A stretch of DNA of 56,014 nt from a virus (taxonomy: Duplodnaviria > Caudoviricetes): positions 1 to 56,014 of the IMG/VR virus record IMGVR_UViG_3300030102_005174. One strand, written 5' to 3'. The notes below the pieces were generated by a model that saw nothing but the letters and a program-made list of their open reading frames with translations, made no database searches and was not told where the DNA came from. The position numbers and the translations under genes are program-made. Position 1 is the first letter of the stretch, and every line of letters starts with the position of its first letter. Below, piece after piece: positions 43,806 through 53,943 of the stretch.

Positions 43806-44354
43806 ATGCCAACATTAATAGTTGAAACTGGTTCAGCTATAACAAATGCAAACGCTTATTGCACACTTGCAGAAGCGAATAGTTATAACGATGAACACCC
43901 ACATGGTACTTCATGGTTAAGTATTTCTTCGAATGATAAAAACCGTTCAATTATAATGGCTACTAGAACATTAGATGAGCAAATTGATTGGTACGGTGAA
44001 CCAACTTTTAATATGGCAGAAAGTATAAGCAGTTCTAATGCCGGCAATGTAACAAGGCAATTTTTACGTTTTCCAAGAAGTGGTGTTTATGACCAAGATG
44101 GTTATGTTTTTGATAATAAAAGTATTCCAACTTGGCTTAAAAATGCAACTTCTGAATTTGCAAGATATTTGGCAGAAAACGATAGAACAGCAGAACCAGA
44201 TACGCAAGGTTTTGGACAAGTAAGGTTAGGATCGCTTACTGTAGATATTGATAAATTTGACCAGCCACCAATTTTACCAAGAAGTGTTTTAAATATTGTT
44301 AGACCATATGGCACTGTAAGGGGTTCAAATGTTGGCATGGTAAGGAGGTCTTAA
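43806..44354 (+). CDS. Head-tail adaptor (DnaT-like annotated family)
   Basis: LIVETG....ANAY..LAEA..Y, Q.L.FPR and IP...K.A..E.A. Confidence 0.8.
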   Translation: MPTLIVETGSAITNANAYCTLAEANSYNDEHPHGTSWLSISSNDKNRSIIMATRTLDEQIDWYGEPTFNMAESISSSNAGNVTRQFLRFPRSGVYDQDGYVFDNKSIPTWLKNATSEFARYLAENDRTAEPDTQGFGQVRLGSLTVDIDKFDQPPILPRSVLNIVRPYGTVRGSNVGMVRRS

Positions 44355-44728
44355 TGTCAGCCGGTGAAGCAGATTTAACTTGCGATCAAGGGGCAACCTT
44401 TTCAGTGGTTGTAACATATAAAAATTCTAGTGGCTCTGCTATTGATTTAAATGGTTATGGGGCTAGAATGGATATAAGGTTTGGTCAAACTACTGATGCC
44501 GATCTTTTATTGGCTCTTGGGGCTTCAAATGGCTTTATAACCATATCTGATGCAAGTAATGGTAAAATAACAATTAATATACCGGCAAGCACAACAGATA
44601 ATTTTAATCCACAAATTTATTATTATGATTTAGAAATATTTAATACAAATGTTTCGCCAACTTTTGTAGATAGGGTAATTATGGGAAAATTCGAAGTAAC
44701 GCCACAAGTAACAAGTAGTGCGAGTTAA
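44354..44728 (+). CDS. Virion structural protein (Ig/BppU-like)
   Basis: DQGATF...Y......IDL.GY.ARM.IR ... YDLE...G...V.P.VT. Confidence 0.65.
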   Translation: MSAGEADLTCDQGATFSVVVTYKNSSGSAIDLNGYGARMDIRFGQTTDADLLLALGASNGFITISDASNGKITINIPASTTDNFNPQIYYYDLEIFNTNVSPTFVDRVIMGKFEVTPQVTSSAS

Positions 44729-44730
44729 AT

Positions 44731-44970
44731 ATGACAGCTAATACAGTTATAATTTCAGAAGGGAATACAGCAACAATATCTGACACACAAGTGGATGTTA
44801 CAAATGTGGGTGAGCAAGGAGTTGCTGGTGGAAGTTCAATTTTAGGTAAATCAGTTATTGGTTCAACTGTTAGTGTCAATGGTTCATTATTGGTTTATAA
44901 CAGCAGTACCGATCAATGGGGCAGTACAGTTGTGCCAACCGGTTTAACGATAAGTGGGGGCAGTTTTTGA
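44731..44970 (+). CDS. Small virion fibre-associated protein
   Basis: GEQG; GSLLVYNSSTDQW; terminal ISGGSF similar to IDGGTF of 45245. Confidence 0.55.
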   Translation: MTANTVIISEGNTATISDTQVDVTNVGEQGVAGGSSILGKSVIGSTVSVNGSLLVYNSSTDQWGSTVVPTGLTISGGSF

Positions 44971-45242
44971 GCGTTGCTGAAAAAAATGAAAAGAATTTAA
45001 AAATAAACGCTTCTATGGATAGAAAAGTTATTTGCAATCAAATTATAAAAAATTATCAATTTAATGCAAAAGAACATAATAATAATAAGAATGAAGTTTA
45101 TGAATATGAAGTGGTATATTTAGTGAATACGTTAACACCAAGAGTGGGCGCAGTGTTAACGGAAGAGCAGTTAAGTGAACTGCAAACTGTCCAAAAACTA
45201 AACTACGAAATTAAAAGTAGTAAAGCAACCATAGTGAGGTAA
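44967..45242 (+). CDS. Hypothetical protein
   Basis: Probable TTG start overlapping the upstream TGA. Confidence 0.5.
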   Translation: MSVAEKNEKNLKINASMDRKVICNQIIKNYQFNAKEHNNNKNEVYEYEVVYLVNTLTPRVGAVLTEEQLSELQTVQKLNYEIKSSKATIVR

Positions 45243-45244
45243 AA

Positions 45245-46474
45245 ATGGCTAATACATTACAAATTAAAAGGTCTAATAGCACAAATACCCCTACAAGTTT
45301 GGCATATGGTGAGTTAGCTTATTCACAAGCTTCCGATAAACTTTACATTGGTAAAGCTGACGGCTCTAGTGTTGAGGTTATAGGTGGTGCTGGTGCTTTT
45401 TTAAGGTCTGATACAAATGATACTTTTGGTGGTAATTTAACAATCACCGGAAACTTAACGGTAAGTGGAACAACTACTACAGTTGACTCAAATACTGTTT
45501 CTATAGGCGATAATATACTGGTGTTAAACAGCGATGCAACCGGTTCGCCATCTCAAAACGCTGGGTTAGAAGTTGAAAGGGGAGATAGCGATAACGCAAT
45601 TTTTCAATTTAACGAAACTGATGATAGGTTTGAGTTTAAAATTGGTTCTGCAATAGCGCCAATTAAAGCAAGCAATGCAGTTTTAACTGGCAACATTGAT
45701 TTGGAAGGTGATATTGATGTAAATGGCACATCTAATTTAGATAACGTAGATATTGATGGTACGCTTACCGTTGATGGAACTGCTGTTGATATTAATGCTA
45801 CAACAACTTGCACAATAGATAACACCAACACAACTAATGGTGTAAAGATTGGAACTTCAACAAGTGCTGTTCCAATAACTATTGGGCATACTACTTCTGA
45901 AACAACCATTGCAGATAATGCAACTGTTGGTGGTAATTTAGCTGTTACCGGCACAATAACTGGTTCAAGTACATTACAAGGTACAACAATTACTGCAACA
46001 ACTGCTTTTGTTCCAGATGCCAGCGATGGCGCAAGTTTAGGTACTGCAAGTTTAGAATTTAGCGATTTGTTTTTAGCAGATGGGGCTGTTTTAAATTTTG
46101 GCGATGACCAAGATACAACATTAACACATACTGATGGGGCTGGTTTAACATTAAACAGTACAAATAAAATTATGTTTAATGATGCAAGCCAATTTATACA
46201 AGGCATTAGTGCAACAGTTCTTGGATTGGGCGCAACAGATGAAATTGATTTAACTGCTACTGCAATCGATATTAATGGAAATTGCGATGTTTCCGGTACA
46301 TTAACTGTAGGTGGTGCATTTACATCTTTGGGCATTGATGATAATTGTTCAGCAGAAAGATTACAATTAGCTGATAGTTCAATAGCAATTATGGCAAGTG
46401 GCGTAACATTAAGTGGTTTTGCAAGTGGTTCAAGCACATTAGATAAATTTGTTATTGATGGGGGTACATTTTAA
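45245..46474 (+). CDS. Fibre-like virion protein
   Basis: MANT.QIKRS..P..L..GELA...KLYIG head; G.LTV.G beta repeats; ERG module shared with 50318. Confidence 0.75.
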   Translation: MANTLQIKRSNSTNTPTSLAYGELAYSQASDKLYIGKADGSSVEVIGGAGAFLRSDTNDTFGGNLTITGNLTVSGTTTTVDSNTVSIGDNILVLNSDATGSPSQNAGLEVERGDSDNAIFQFNETDDRFEFKIGSAIAPIKASNAVLTGNIDLEGDIDVNGTSNLDNVDIDGTLTVDGTAVDINATTTCTIDNTNTTNGVKIGTSTSAVPITIGHTTSETTIADNATVGGNLAVTGTITGSSTLQGTTITATTAFVPDASDGASLGTASLEFSDLFLADGAVLNFGDDQDTTLTHTDGAGLTLNSTNKIMFNDASQFIQGISATVLGLGATDEIDLTATAIDINGNCDVSGTLTVGGAFTSLGIDDNCSAERLQLADSSIAIMASGVTLSGFASGSSTLDKFVIDGGTF

Positions 46475-46674
46475 TGGCTAACACAGTACAACACAAGCGT
46501 AACACAAGTGCTGGGCAAGAACCTAGCGCAAGTGATTTATCGGCTGGTGAAATTGCAATAAATACAGCAGATGCAAAATTGTTTATAAAAGATACAAGCA
46601 ACAATGTTGTAGAAATTTTAAATGGGGCAGATAATGAAGCAAACGCACTAGCGCTTGCAATCGCTCTTGGCTAA
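46474..46674 (+). CDS. Small fibre-associated protein
   Basis: N-terminus paralogous to 45245; C-terminal ALAIALG. Confidence 0.7.
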   Translation: MANTVQHKRNTSAGQEPSASDLSAGEIAINTADAKLFIKDTSNNVVEILNGADNEANALALAIALG

Positions 46675-46686
46675 TAAGGAGTTAAC

Positions 46687-47022
46687 ATGGCTAATACTTT
46701 TAAACTCAAGACAAAAGCTGGAGTTACATCCCTTGCAACTGTCTATACAGTTCCATCAAATACAACAGCCTTAATAATAGGTGGTTATGTAGGAAACACA
46801 ACAACATCTGGAATAAACGCTACGGTAACAGTTTCATCTGATACTTCCGACACAGAAACAAATGCAGATGTTGAAATAATAACAAATGCACCAATACCAG
46901 TAGGTGGCACAATACAGCCTTTTGGTTCTGGAAAACAAGTTTTACAAACAACAGATATTGTAAAAGTTTCAGCAAGTGGTGCTGTTGATGTAAGTCTTTC
47001 TATATTGGAGATTACGCCTTGA
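46687..47022 (+). CDS. Virion structural protein
   Basis: MANTFK...VYTVP...K.VL...D.....SILEIT; SD AAGGAG. Confidence 0.7.
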   Translation: MANTFKLKTKAGVTSLATVYTVPSNTTALIIGGYVGNTTTSGINATVTVSSDTSDTETNADVEIITNAPIPVGGTIQPFGSGKQVLQTTDIVKVSASGAVDVSLSILEITP

Positions 47023-48593
47023 CATATATTGGTTTATCCCCACCTAACACATTTACTAAATCAACAAGCCAAACATTTACTGGCAATGGTAGTACAACTG
47101 CTTTTACATTGCAGACAAGAGTTTCATCACCAGAAGATTTAGAGGTTTTTGTATCCAATGTTCAACAGCAACCCACAGAAAGCTATACAATAAGCTCTGA
47201 TGGGGTAACAATGACGTTTTCAGAAGCACCACCTAGTGGAACTTTCTATGTCATATACAGAACAGTAGCACAACAAGCTGGTACGGACACAGGAGCATCT
47301 AGGCTTGGAGAAAATAATACATTTACTGGCACAAATACATTTACTGGAGACGTAACTTTTGATAGCACTAATAGTTCAGCTTATGATGTAAGTTGGGACA
47401 GTTCAGAAGGTAAATTAAGATTTAATGACAGTGCTAAATTAGAATTAGGTACTGATGGTGATGCTTTTATGAGAGCTAATCATGTAGGAACAGTATTTTA
47501 TGCTGAATCAAACTTTTTTTATTTCAATAATACTAAAGAAAATGGGGATATAGGTTTTTTTACTGATGATGGTTCTGGTGGTTTAGCTACCTACATTAAA
47601 TGTGATGGGGGTGATGGCGAAGTAAATTTATACCATTATGGTTCTGAAAAATTTGCAACAAAAAGCACTGGTGTAGAGGTTACTGGCACTTTAGATATGA
47701 ATGGTGGTGAAGTAATATTAGATGCAGATGCCGATACATCTATTACTGCCGATACAGATGACCAAATAGATATACGAGTTGCAGGTTCTGACAAAGTGAA
47801 AATAGACGCAACAAAATTTGAAATATCTGGAACAACTGCTAATACGCAAGGTGGAGAATTTCCAAGAATACAAATTTCAACTTTAGCTGACAATAATCCT
47901 ACTTATTCTGGTGCTTTAGATATTGTAGAAAAACAAAGTGGTGCTAGCTCAACAGCAGTATTTGGTAGTAGTGCAATCTATGGTTTTAGAATGATGCTTG
48001 ATGGCTTTAATAATGTATTAAAGTGGTTTAGTGGTTCTCAAACTACAGTTACTGAAAGAATGGGTTTAGATAGAGATACTGGTAATTTAACTTTAAATAC
48101 TGGCAATCTAATTATAGGAACTGCTGGTAAGGGAATAGATTTTAGTGCAACAAGTGATGGCACAACTTCCACAAGTGAGGTTCTTGATGACTATGAAGAA
48201 GGGAATTGGAATGCAACATTAACACCTCAAACAAGTGGTAGCGTTAATGTAAGTAATGATGGTTGTCAATATGTCAAAATAGGTCAGATAGTTCATGTAA
48301 GTGGTATTGTACAAGTTAATTCTGTTTCAAGTCCAACTGGTGTTATGAGAATGGGTGGCTTTCCTTTTGCTTGTGCAAATCTTGATGATTTAAGTGGTGG
48401 TGTTTTAGCAACAATAAATATTCAAGCCTGTGCTACTCCACCTCATCGGTATGGAATGTGGATGCAAGAGGGAGATAGTACAGCCGATATATTTAATTTC
48501 ATAACAAGTTCAGACCAACCACAAGGCTCTGCATCACAAAATTTTGGTGGAAATGAAAGTATTTATTTTTCATTGACCTATAGAACTACATAA
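47019..48593 (+). CDS. Fibre / receptor-binding-like protein
   Basis: YIG..P, FTGNGSTTAFTL, V.V..V.Q.P...YT; LDDYEEG.W and Y.KIG..V C-terminal module. Confidence 0.75.
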   Translation: MTYIGLSPPNTFTKSTSQTFTGNGSTTAFTLQTRVSSPEDLEVFVSNVQQQPTESYTISSDGVTMTFSEAPPSGTFYVIYRTVAQQAGTDTGASRLGENNTFTGTNTFTGDVTFDSTNSSAYDVSWDSSEGKLRFNDSAKLELGTDGDAFMRANHVGTVFYAESNFFYFNNTKENGDIGFFTDDGSGGLATYIKCDGGDGEVNLYHYGSEKFATKSTGVEVTGTLDMNGGEVILDADADTSITADTDDQIDIRVAGSDKVKIDATKFEISGTTANTQGGEFPRIQISTLADNNPTYSGALDIVEKQSGASSTAVFGSSAIYGFRMMLDGFNNVLKWFSGSQTTVTERMGLDRDTGNLTLNTGNLIIGTAGKGIDFSATSDGTTSTSEVLDDYEEGNWNATLTPQTSGSVNVSNDGCQYVKIGQIVHVSGIVQVNSVSSPTGVMRMGGFPFACANLDDLSGGVLATINIQACATPPHRYGMWMQEGDSTADIFNFITSSDQPQGSASQNFGGNESIYFSLTYRTT

Positions 48594-48602
48594 GGAGCAA
48601 AC

Positions 48603-48920
48603 ATGGCACAAGGTGATATAACAAAAGAATATGAAAATGATAAAATAGAAATAGTGCAAACTTGGGCGATACAAGTTCGTAAAGCTACTAAAATTATAGA
48701 AGAACAAGCTGATGGTTCAAAAAAAGTTTTAACAAGAACTTATAATCGTCATGTGTTGCAACCTTACAATTCAATTAAAAATAAAGAAACTGGAAAATGG
48801 ACACATACTGCCACAGATATTAGTGGTGAGGATGCAGATGTACAAGCCATAGCAAATGCAGTTTGGACAGATACTGTAAAAGATAATTATAAAACATTTA
48901 AAGAAAATCAGAGTATATAA
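48603..48920 (+). CDS. Fibre partner / chaperone-like protein
   Basis: DKIEIV..IQVR....R...RHVL.P....DIS.E...VQAIA.AVWT. Confidence 0.6.
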   Translation: MAQGDITKEYENDKIEIVQTWAIQVRKATKIIEEQADGSKKVLTRTYNRHVLQPYNSIKNKETGKWTHTATDISGEDADVQAIANAVWTDTVKDNYKTFKENQSI

Positions 48921-50032
48921 TGGCATTATCAAAAATTAACACAAATCAAATAGTAGATGGAGCAGTAGCTACAGCCGATATTGCTGATGGATTAATTACA
49001 ACAGCCAAACTTGCAGATGGAGCAGTAACAACGGCTAAAGTAGCAGATGATGCAGTTACTACTGCAAAAACAACTGATGCAAATATAACAACTGCTAAAA
49101 TTGCCGATGATGCTATTACACAAGCCAAGATAGGTGCAGATGCAGTTGGCACAACTGAATTAGCTAATGATGTAGTTATTAATACAAGTAGCACTGATAC
49201 AACACTTGCAACTTTTACTAATACTGGTGCTCACAATACAGCAAATGGTGTTGTCCATGTAAAACAAAGTTCAGCAACTAATTTACCAACAATGGTTATA
49301 GAACAAACTGGTGGTGGTGGTAATCCAGCAGACACACAAGGTTTACATATTAAAATGGCTGGTCAAAATCAAGGTGCTGGTAAAGCGATAAGAGTTACAA
49401 CAACAAATTCAAATCTTAATAGTGGTAATGCCTACGACCCATTTATGGTTAATAATGGTGGTGAAATAGAAGTAAAAAATTCATCTAATCAAAGTACATT
49501 AAATTTAAGTTCGGCTGGTTATCTTACTAAACCAAGACACCCATACTTTGCTGTAAGAAGAGGAGATGGTGCTGGAGAACAATTTGTTAATGCTTCTAAC
49601 TCTCACACAGTTGCAGTTCCAGTTACATTTGATACTGAAGAACTTGACCCATTTAGTATGTTTAATAATTCAACTTATAAAATATCTATTCCAGTAAGTG
49701 GTGTTTATGCTTTTCATTGGTCAGTTCTAACTGGCATTTTAGTTCCTAGTTCTGGTGTGAATTGGTGTTCTTTTGAATTAATGTTAAATGACAGCACTGG
49801 TTCAAGAATATCTGGAACACCAAAAATGTATGAAGAAGCATATAATGCTAGTGGAACTGCAAATGCTGGAGTTGGTGGTAGTGGTAGACATTTTAAAAAA
49901 ATAACTGGCAGTTGCCAAGTTTATGTCAGTTCAGACGATACAGTTAGATTAATGGTTTATACTACTGCAAGTTCAAATTTAAGAATACATAGTGGTTCAC
50001 ACTCTACATTTTGTGGATATTTATTAGGTTAA
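48920..50032 (+). CDS. Fibre-like protein with decapeptide repeats and C1q/TNF-like C-terminal domain
   Basis: TTAK(I/L)AD.A(V/I) repeats; PYF...V.FD......FN.....PVSGVY.F...F.GYLLG. Confidence 0.75.
   Translation: MALSKINTNQIVDGAVATADIADGLITTAKLADGAVTTAKVADDAVTTAKTTDANITTAKIADDAITQAKIGADAVGTTELANDVVINTSSTDTTLATFTNTGAHNTANGVVHVKQSSATNLPTMVIEQTGGGGNPADTQGLHIKMAGQNQGAGKAIRVTTTNSNLNSGNAYDPFMVNNGGEIEVKNSSNQSTLNLSSAGYLTKPRHPYFAVRRGDGAGEQFVNASNSHTVAVPVTFDTEELDPFSMFNNSTYKISIPVSGVYAFHWSVLTGILVPSSGVNWCSFELMLNDSTGSRISGTPKMYEEAYNASGTANAGVGGSGRHFKKITGSCQVYVSSDDTVRLMVYTTASSNLRIHSGSHSTFCGYLLG
48953..49170 (+). repeat. 30-nt (10-aa) coding tandem repeats
   Basis: About 7 copies of (V/I)TTAK(I/L/V)AD(G/D)A; boundaries approximate. 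Confidence 0.85.
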
Positions 50033-50047
50033 TAAGGAGTATATATA

Positions 50048-50314
50048 ATGCCAAAATACACAGTTGAAATTACAGATATTGAAGATAAAGCAATGTCTTT
50101 TATAGCAGTAGAAGTGCAAAATTGGATAGATACTGCTGTTACTGAAAGAGCAAGAAGGGCAAAAGCAGATATACTTGAATTAAATATGAAACATTGCAAT
50201 GCAAATGGGATAACCATTGCAGAAAATCCAGACAAACAACTAGAACAAGCATTTAGTTTGGGTGTTGTTAAAGAATTAAAAGATGTTTCTGAAAGTCCAG
50301 AACGAGGTGAATAA
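50048..50314 (+). CDS. Fibre partner protein
   Basis: 88 aa; SD AAGGAG; W...A...RAR.A motif. Confidence 0.6.
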   Translation: MPKYTVEITDIEDKAMSFIAVEVQNWIDTAVTERARRAKADILELNMKHCNANGITIAENPDKQLEQAFSLGVVKELKDVSESPERGE

Positions 50315-50317
50315 ATA

Positions 50318-52546
50318 ATGTACATAGGTTCTAGTCCAAATTTTGGTGCATTAGATAGCCAAACAATAACAACTGCAAATGGCTCAACAGCAACATTTAC
50401 ACTTAATCAATATGTTCCAGACAGCGATAGCATAATTGTTACTGTTGGAAATGTGGTGCAAGAACCTACAGAAGCCTATACAGCAAGTGGCAACTCAATA
50501 ACATTTACAGAGAATGTTCCAAATGGTGATACAATTGTTATTAGATATTTAGGTCGATCAGTTGATGTTTATACCGGCTATAAAAGAGTACAAAGATTTA
50601 AATTTGTAGCTACAAATGGTCAGCAAACATTTACCGGCAGTGATGCTAATTCAAATACCCTTGCATATACAGCGCAAGATATCGACGTGTTTTACAACGG
50701 TGTGAGGCTAGACGAAAGCGAATTTACTGCAACTAATGGAACTAGCGTGATATTAGGCACTGGGGCAACGACAAACGCTGAATTAGTTATTTTAGCATAT
50801 AAGGTAGTTCAGCTTGCAGACACCGTACCAGCAAGCACCGGAGGCACTTTTACTGGCAATGTTGTTTTTAGTGGTAATGCAACTGTCAATGGTAATTTAA
50901 CTGCATCTGGAACAACCACATTAGTCGATACAACAAACACAGTAATCAAAGATAATTTATTAGGATTAAATCATGGAGCAACATCAAACTCTAATGATGC
51001 TGGGATAATTATTGAAAGAGGTTCTACTGGCAACGATGCATTACTTATATGGGATGAGTCCGAAGATAAATGGGCATTAGGAACAACGACATCAAATGCC
51101 AGTAGCACTGGTAATTTAAATATGACAACTGGAACATTGGTTGCAAATTTAGAAGGTACAATTCAAACAGCATCACAAACAAATATTACAGCAGTTGGTA
51201 CATTAACTAATTTTAGAAGCACTGGAATAGATGATAATGCAGATGCTTTAGCTATGACTATTGATAGCTCGGAACGAGTAGGAATAGGTACATCATCACC
51301 AGATGCAAAGCTAGATGTTGAAGGCACAACAGATGCTGAAATGAGAGTTACTAGAACAACTGCAAGTGTATCTGGTAATTTTGCAGACCAAGGGGCTGTT
51401 CTTAATCTTGTCAATAATATTCAGTTTGAAAATGGTTACAATGGTGATGCTTATACTGGACAGATATTATTTACAAGTAATGATACTAGCACTGGTACTG
51501 GAGTAAGAGCAAAAATAGCTGTTAAAAATACTCACTATGCTCACTTTGAAAGATTGATGTTTCATGTAAGTCCACAAAATACTGCAACTGGTATTTCAAC
51601 AGCAACAGGACATGATGGTAAAGCAGTTGAAATTTATAAAGGTTCTGAAACCACAGTATTTCATATAGGTGATAGCACACCATTAAATATTGGAACTAGT
51701 TATAACGAAGCAACACTTTGTGTTGGCAAACATTTCGGTATTTATTCAGATAACAATGGAAATGTAAATACTTCTGAAATAATGGTTAATTCTTACAATG
51801 ATGGTAGCAATAGAGTTTTTGCTACAAGTGGTAGACACGCACAATCAATACAGTTTGACACATATAATGGTAATATGCACCTTCGTGTTTCAAGTGCAAG
51901 TGGTAATGCAGATGCAAATGTTTCATTTAGAAATGCTTTAAATATTGCTACAAGCACTGGTAGTATTGGAACTGGTGCAATGTCACCTAGTGGCACTGCC
52001 ATGATAATTGATAACGACAGCACAACTAATCCCTTTGGTTTGGCTGTAAGAACTCCAAATACAGCTATGGATAACAACTCAACATATTTCTTTAGAGGGC
52101 AAGACAATGTTACATCAAGGTTTACTGTATTTTCAGATGGTGATGTAGCAACTTCTGATGCTGGAACTTTGACATCTGATATTAAAAATAAAAATACTAT
52201 TACAGATGCTACAGATAAATGGGAAGATATAAAAAAGTTAAAAGTAAGAAATTTTTATTGGAATGAAGATTATCACCCAGATAAAAAAGACCAAAAAATG
52301 ATTGGCTTTATTGCACAAGAATTTGAAACTGTATTTCCTAAATTAGTTAAAGATTATAAAGATACAGAAATAGTACAAGAAAAAGATAAAGATGGTGTTC
52401 TTCAATCAATAAGTAAAGAAACTGGTGATATTACTAAACATATAAAAGAAGCTAAATTAATACCAATTCTTACAAAAGCATTACAGGAAGCAATGACTAG
52501 AATAGAAACATTAGAAGCAGAAGTTAAGGAACTAAAGAATGGGTAA
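50318..52546 (+). CDS. Fibre protein with C-terminal intramolecular chaperone (peptidase S74)
   Basis: TSD.K.K..I, KL.V..F.W, GFIAQE...VFP.LV and L.KA.QE....IE.LE coiled coil. Confidence 0.88.
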   Translation: MYIGSSPNFGALDSQTITTANGSTATFTLNQYVPDSDSIIVTVGNVVQEPTEAYTASGNSITFTENVPNGDTIVIRYLGRSVDVYTGYKRVQRFKFVATNGQQTFTGSDANSNTLAYTAQDIDVFYNGVRLDESEFTATNGTSVILGTGATTNAELVILAYKVVQLADTVPASTGGTFTGNVVFSGNATVNGNLTASGTTTLVDTTNTVIKDNLLGLNHGATSNSNDAGIIIERGSTGNDALLIWDESEDKWALGTTTSNASSTGNLNMTTGTLVANLEGTIQTASQTNITAVGTLTNFRSTGIDDNADALAMTIDSSERVGIGTSSPDAKLDVEGTTDAEMRVTRTTASVSGNFADQGAVLNLVNNIQFENGYNGDAYTGQILFTSNDTSTGTGVRAKIAVKNTHYAHFERLMFHVSPQNTATGISTATGHDGKAVEIYKGSETTVFHIGDSTPLNIGTSYNEATLCVGKHFGIYSDNNGNVNTSEIMVNSYNDGSNRVFATSGRHAQSIQFDTYNGNMHLRVSSASGNADANVSFRNALNIATSTGSIGTGAMSPSGTAMIIDNDSTTNPFGLAVRTPNTAMDNNSTYFFRGQDNVTSRFTVFSDGDVATSDAGTLTSDIKNKNTITDATDKWEDIKKLKVRNFYWNEDYHPDKKDQKMIGFIAQEFETVFPKLVKDYKDTEIVQEKDKDGVLQSISKETGDITKHIKEAKLIPILTKALQEAMTRIETLEAEVKELKNG

Positions 52547-53768
52547 TACAAGAAATCTAGGCGATTTATTAAACACAGATAGCACAATAGCAACAGCAGA
52601 TGTTGCAGATGGTGGTATAACTACTGCTAAATTAGCCGACACAGCAGTTACAACAGCCAAAATCACAGATGGTAATATATCTACTGCCAAGTTAGCTGAT
52701 GATGCAGTTACAGGAGCAAAGATAGAAAACAATCCAACCATAGCTGGTAATTTAACTGTAAGTGGCGATTTTGTTCCTTCCATAAGCACATTTACTTCAA
52801 ATATATTAATGAATGGAAATTTTGCTATTGCACAAAGAGCAACAAGTTCAACAGCACAAGGAATACAAACAGTTGATAGATGGTCAGTAAATTTTTCTCA
52901 AGTATCTGTAACACAAACACAAGAACCAACAGCAACAAGTGATGCACCTTATGGTCAAGGATTAAGAAATTTTTATAGAGCAGAAATTACTTCAGCATCA
53001 TCAAGTACTGCATCGTATACTCAATTTGTACATCAAATAGAGTCACAACATATTGCTACTAGTGGTTGGGATTATAAATCATCAAGTAGTTATTTAACTT
53101 TAAGTTTTTGGGCAAGGTCAAGTTTAGCTGGAACTTATCAAGCATTTCTTTTTACATCAAATATGTCACCAAATAAAATAAGAACAAATACTTTTACTTT
53201 ATCAGCAAATACATGGACAAAAATTTCAGTAAGTATTCAAGGAGATTCAAGTTTAACAATAAATAATGATACTACTCGTGGGATGCTTGTTTATATAGTA
53301 CCTCATTATGGAACAGATTTCACTGGAAGTAATGCAAATACATCAACTTGGTATCCTTTAACTGGTCTAGATTATTTGGTAGATTATCCACAAAATTGGG
53401 GTGATACAAATGGTAGAATATTTGATATTACTGGTTGTCAATTAGAAGTTGGTCAATCAGCAACACCTTATAAATATGAAACCTATGCTGAAAATTTACA
53501 TAGATGTCAAAGGTATTTTAGACAAATAGGAACTATAAGACATCAAGGTGCAAACGGAGATCCATGTGGACAGATAATTCCTTTAGAACCAACTATGAGG
53601 GCATCACCAGCCGTTACTGGAAATAGTTCAACTGGTGGAAGTCACAGTATAGCTGGAACTGGAGATTTTCCAAATACTCAAATAATTTATAGTGGAACTG
53701 CTGGAACAAGTGGGAGTTCAGCATTTATACAATTTACAGGAGTAAAAGCAGATGCAGAATTCTCATAA
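52539..53768 (+). CDS. Fibre protein with decapeptide repeats and carbohydrate-binding-like domain
   Basis: TTAK repeats; N...NG.F.IAQR, DRW, TLSFW.RS, TG.QLEVG..ATP and RCQRYF. Confidence 0.78.
   Translation: MGNTRNLGDLLNTDSTIATADVADGGITTAKLADTAVTTAKITDGNISTAKLADDAVTGAKIENNPTIAGNLTVSGDFVPSISTFTSNILMNGNFAIAQRATSSTAQGIQTVDRWSVNFSQVSVTQTQEPTATSDAPYGQGLRNFYRAEITSASSSTASYTQFVHQIESQHIATSGWDYKSSSSYLTLSFWARSSLAGTYQAFLFTSNMSPNKIRTNTFTLSANTWTKISVSIQGDSSLTINNDTTRGMLVYIVPHYGTDFTGSNANTSTWYPLTGLDYLVDYPQNWGDTNGRIFDITGCQLEVGQSATPYKYETYAENLHRCQRYFRQIGTIRHQGANGDPCGQIIPLEPTMRASPAVTGNSSTGGSHSIAGTGDFPNTQIIYSGTAGTSGSSAFIQFTGVKADAEFS
52585..52725 (+). repeat. 30-nt coding tandem repeats
   Basis: About 5 copies of the same decapeptide; boundaries approximate. 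Confidence 0.8.
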
Positions 53769-53943
53769 AGAATATAAAGATTGTAAATATATAAATTTTA
53801 ATGACGGAACTGATAATAAATATATTCAAGCAACAATAGATGGAACTGTATGGTCTGTTCCTATAGATATTAATAATTCAGATTATGCTGAAATTAAAAG
53901 ACAAGTTGATGCTGGAGAACTAACAATAGAGGAAGATGATTAA
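53752..53943 (+). CDS. Fibre assembly-like small protein
   Basis: VP.D..NSDY.EI...V.AG..TI..D. Confidence 0.65.
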   Translation: MQNSHKEYKDCKYINFNDGTDNKYIQATIDGTVWSVPIDINNSDYAEIKRQVDAGELTIEEDD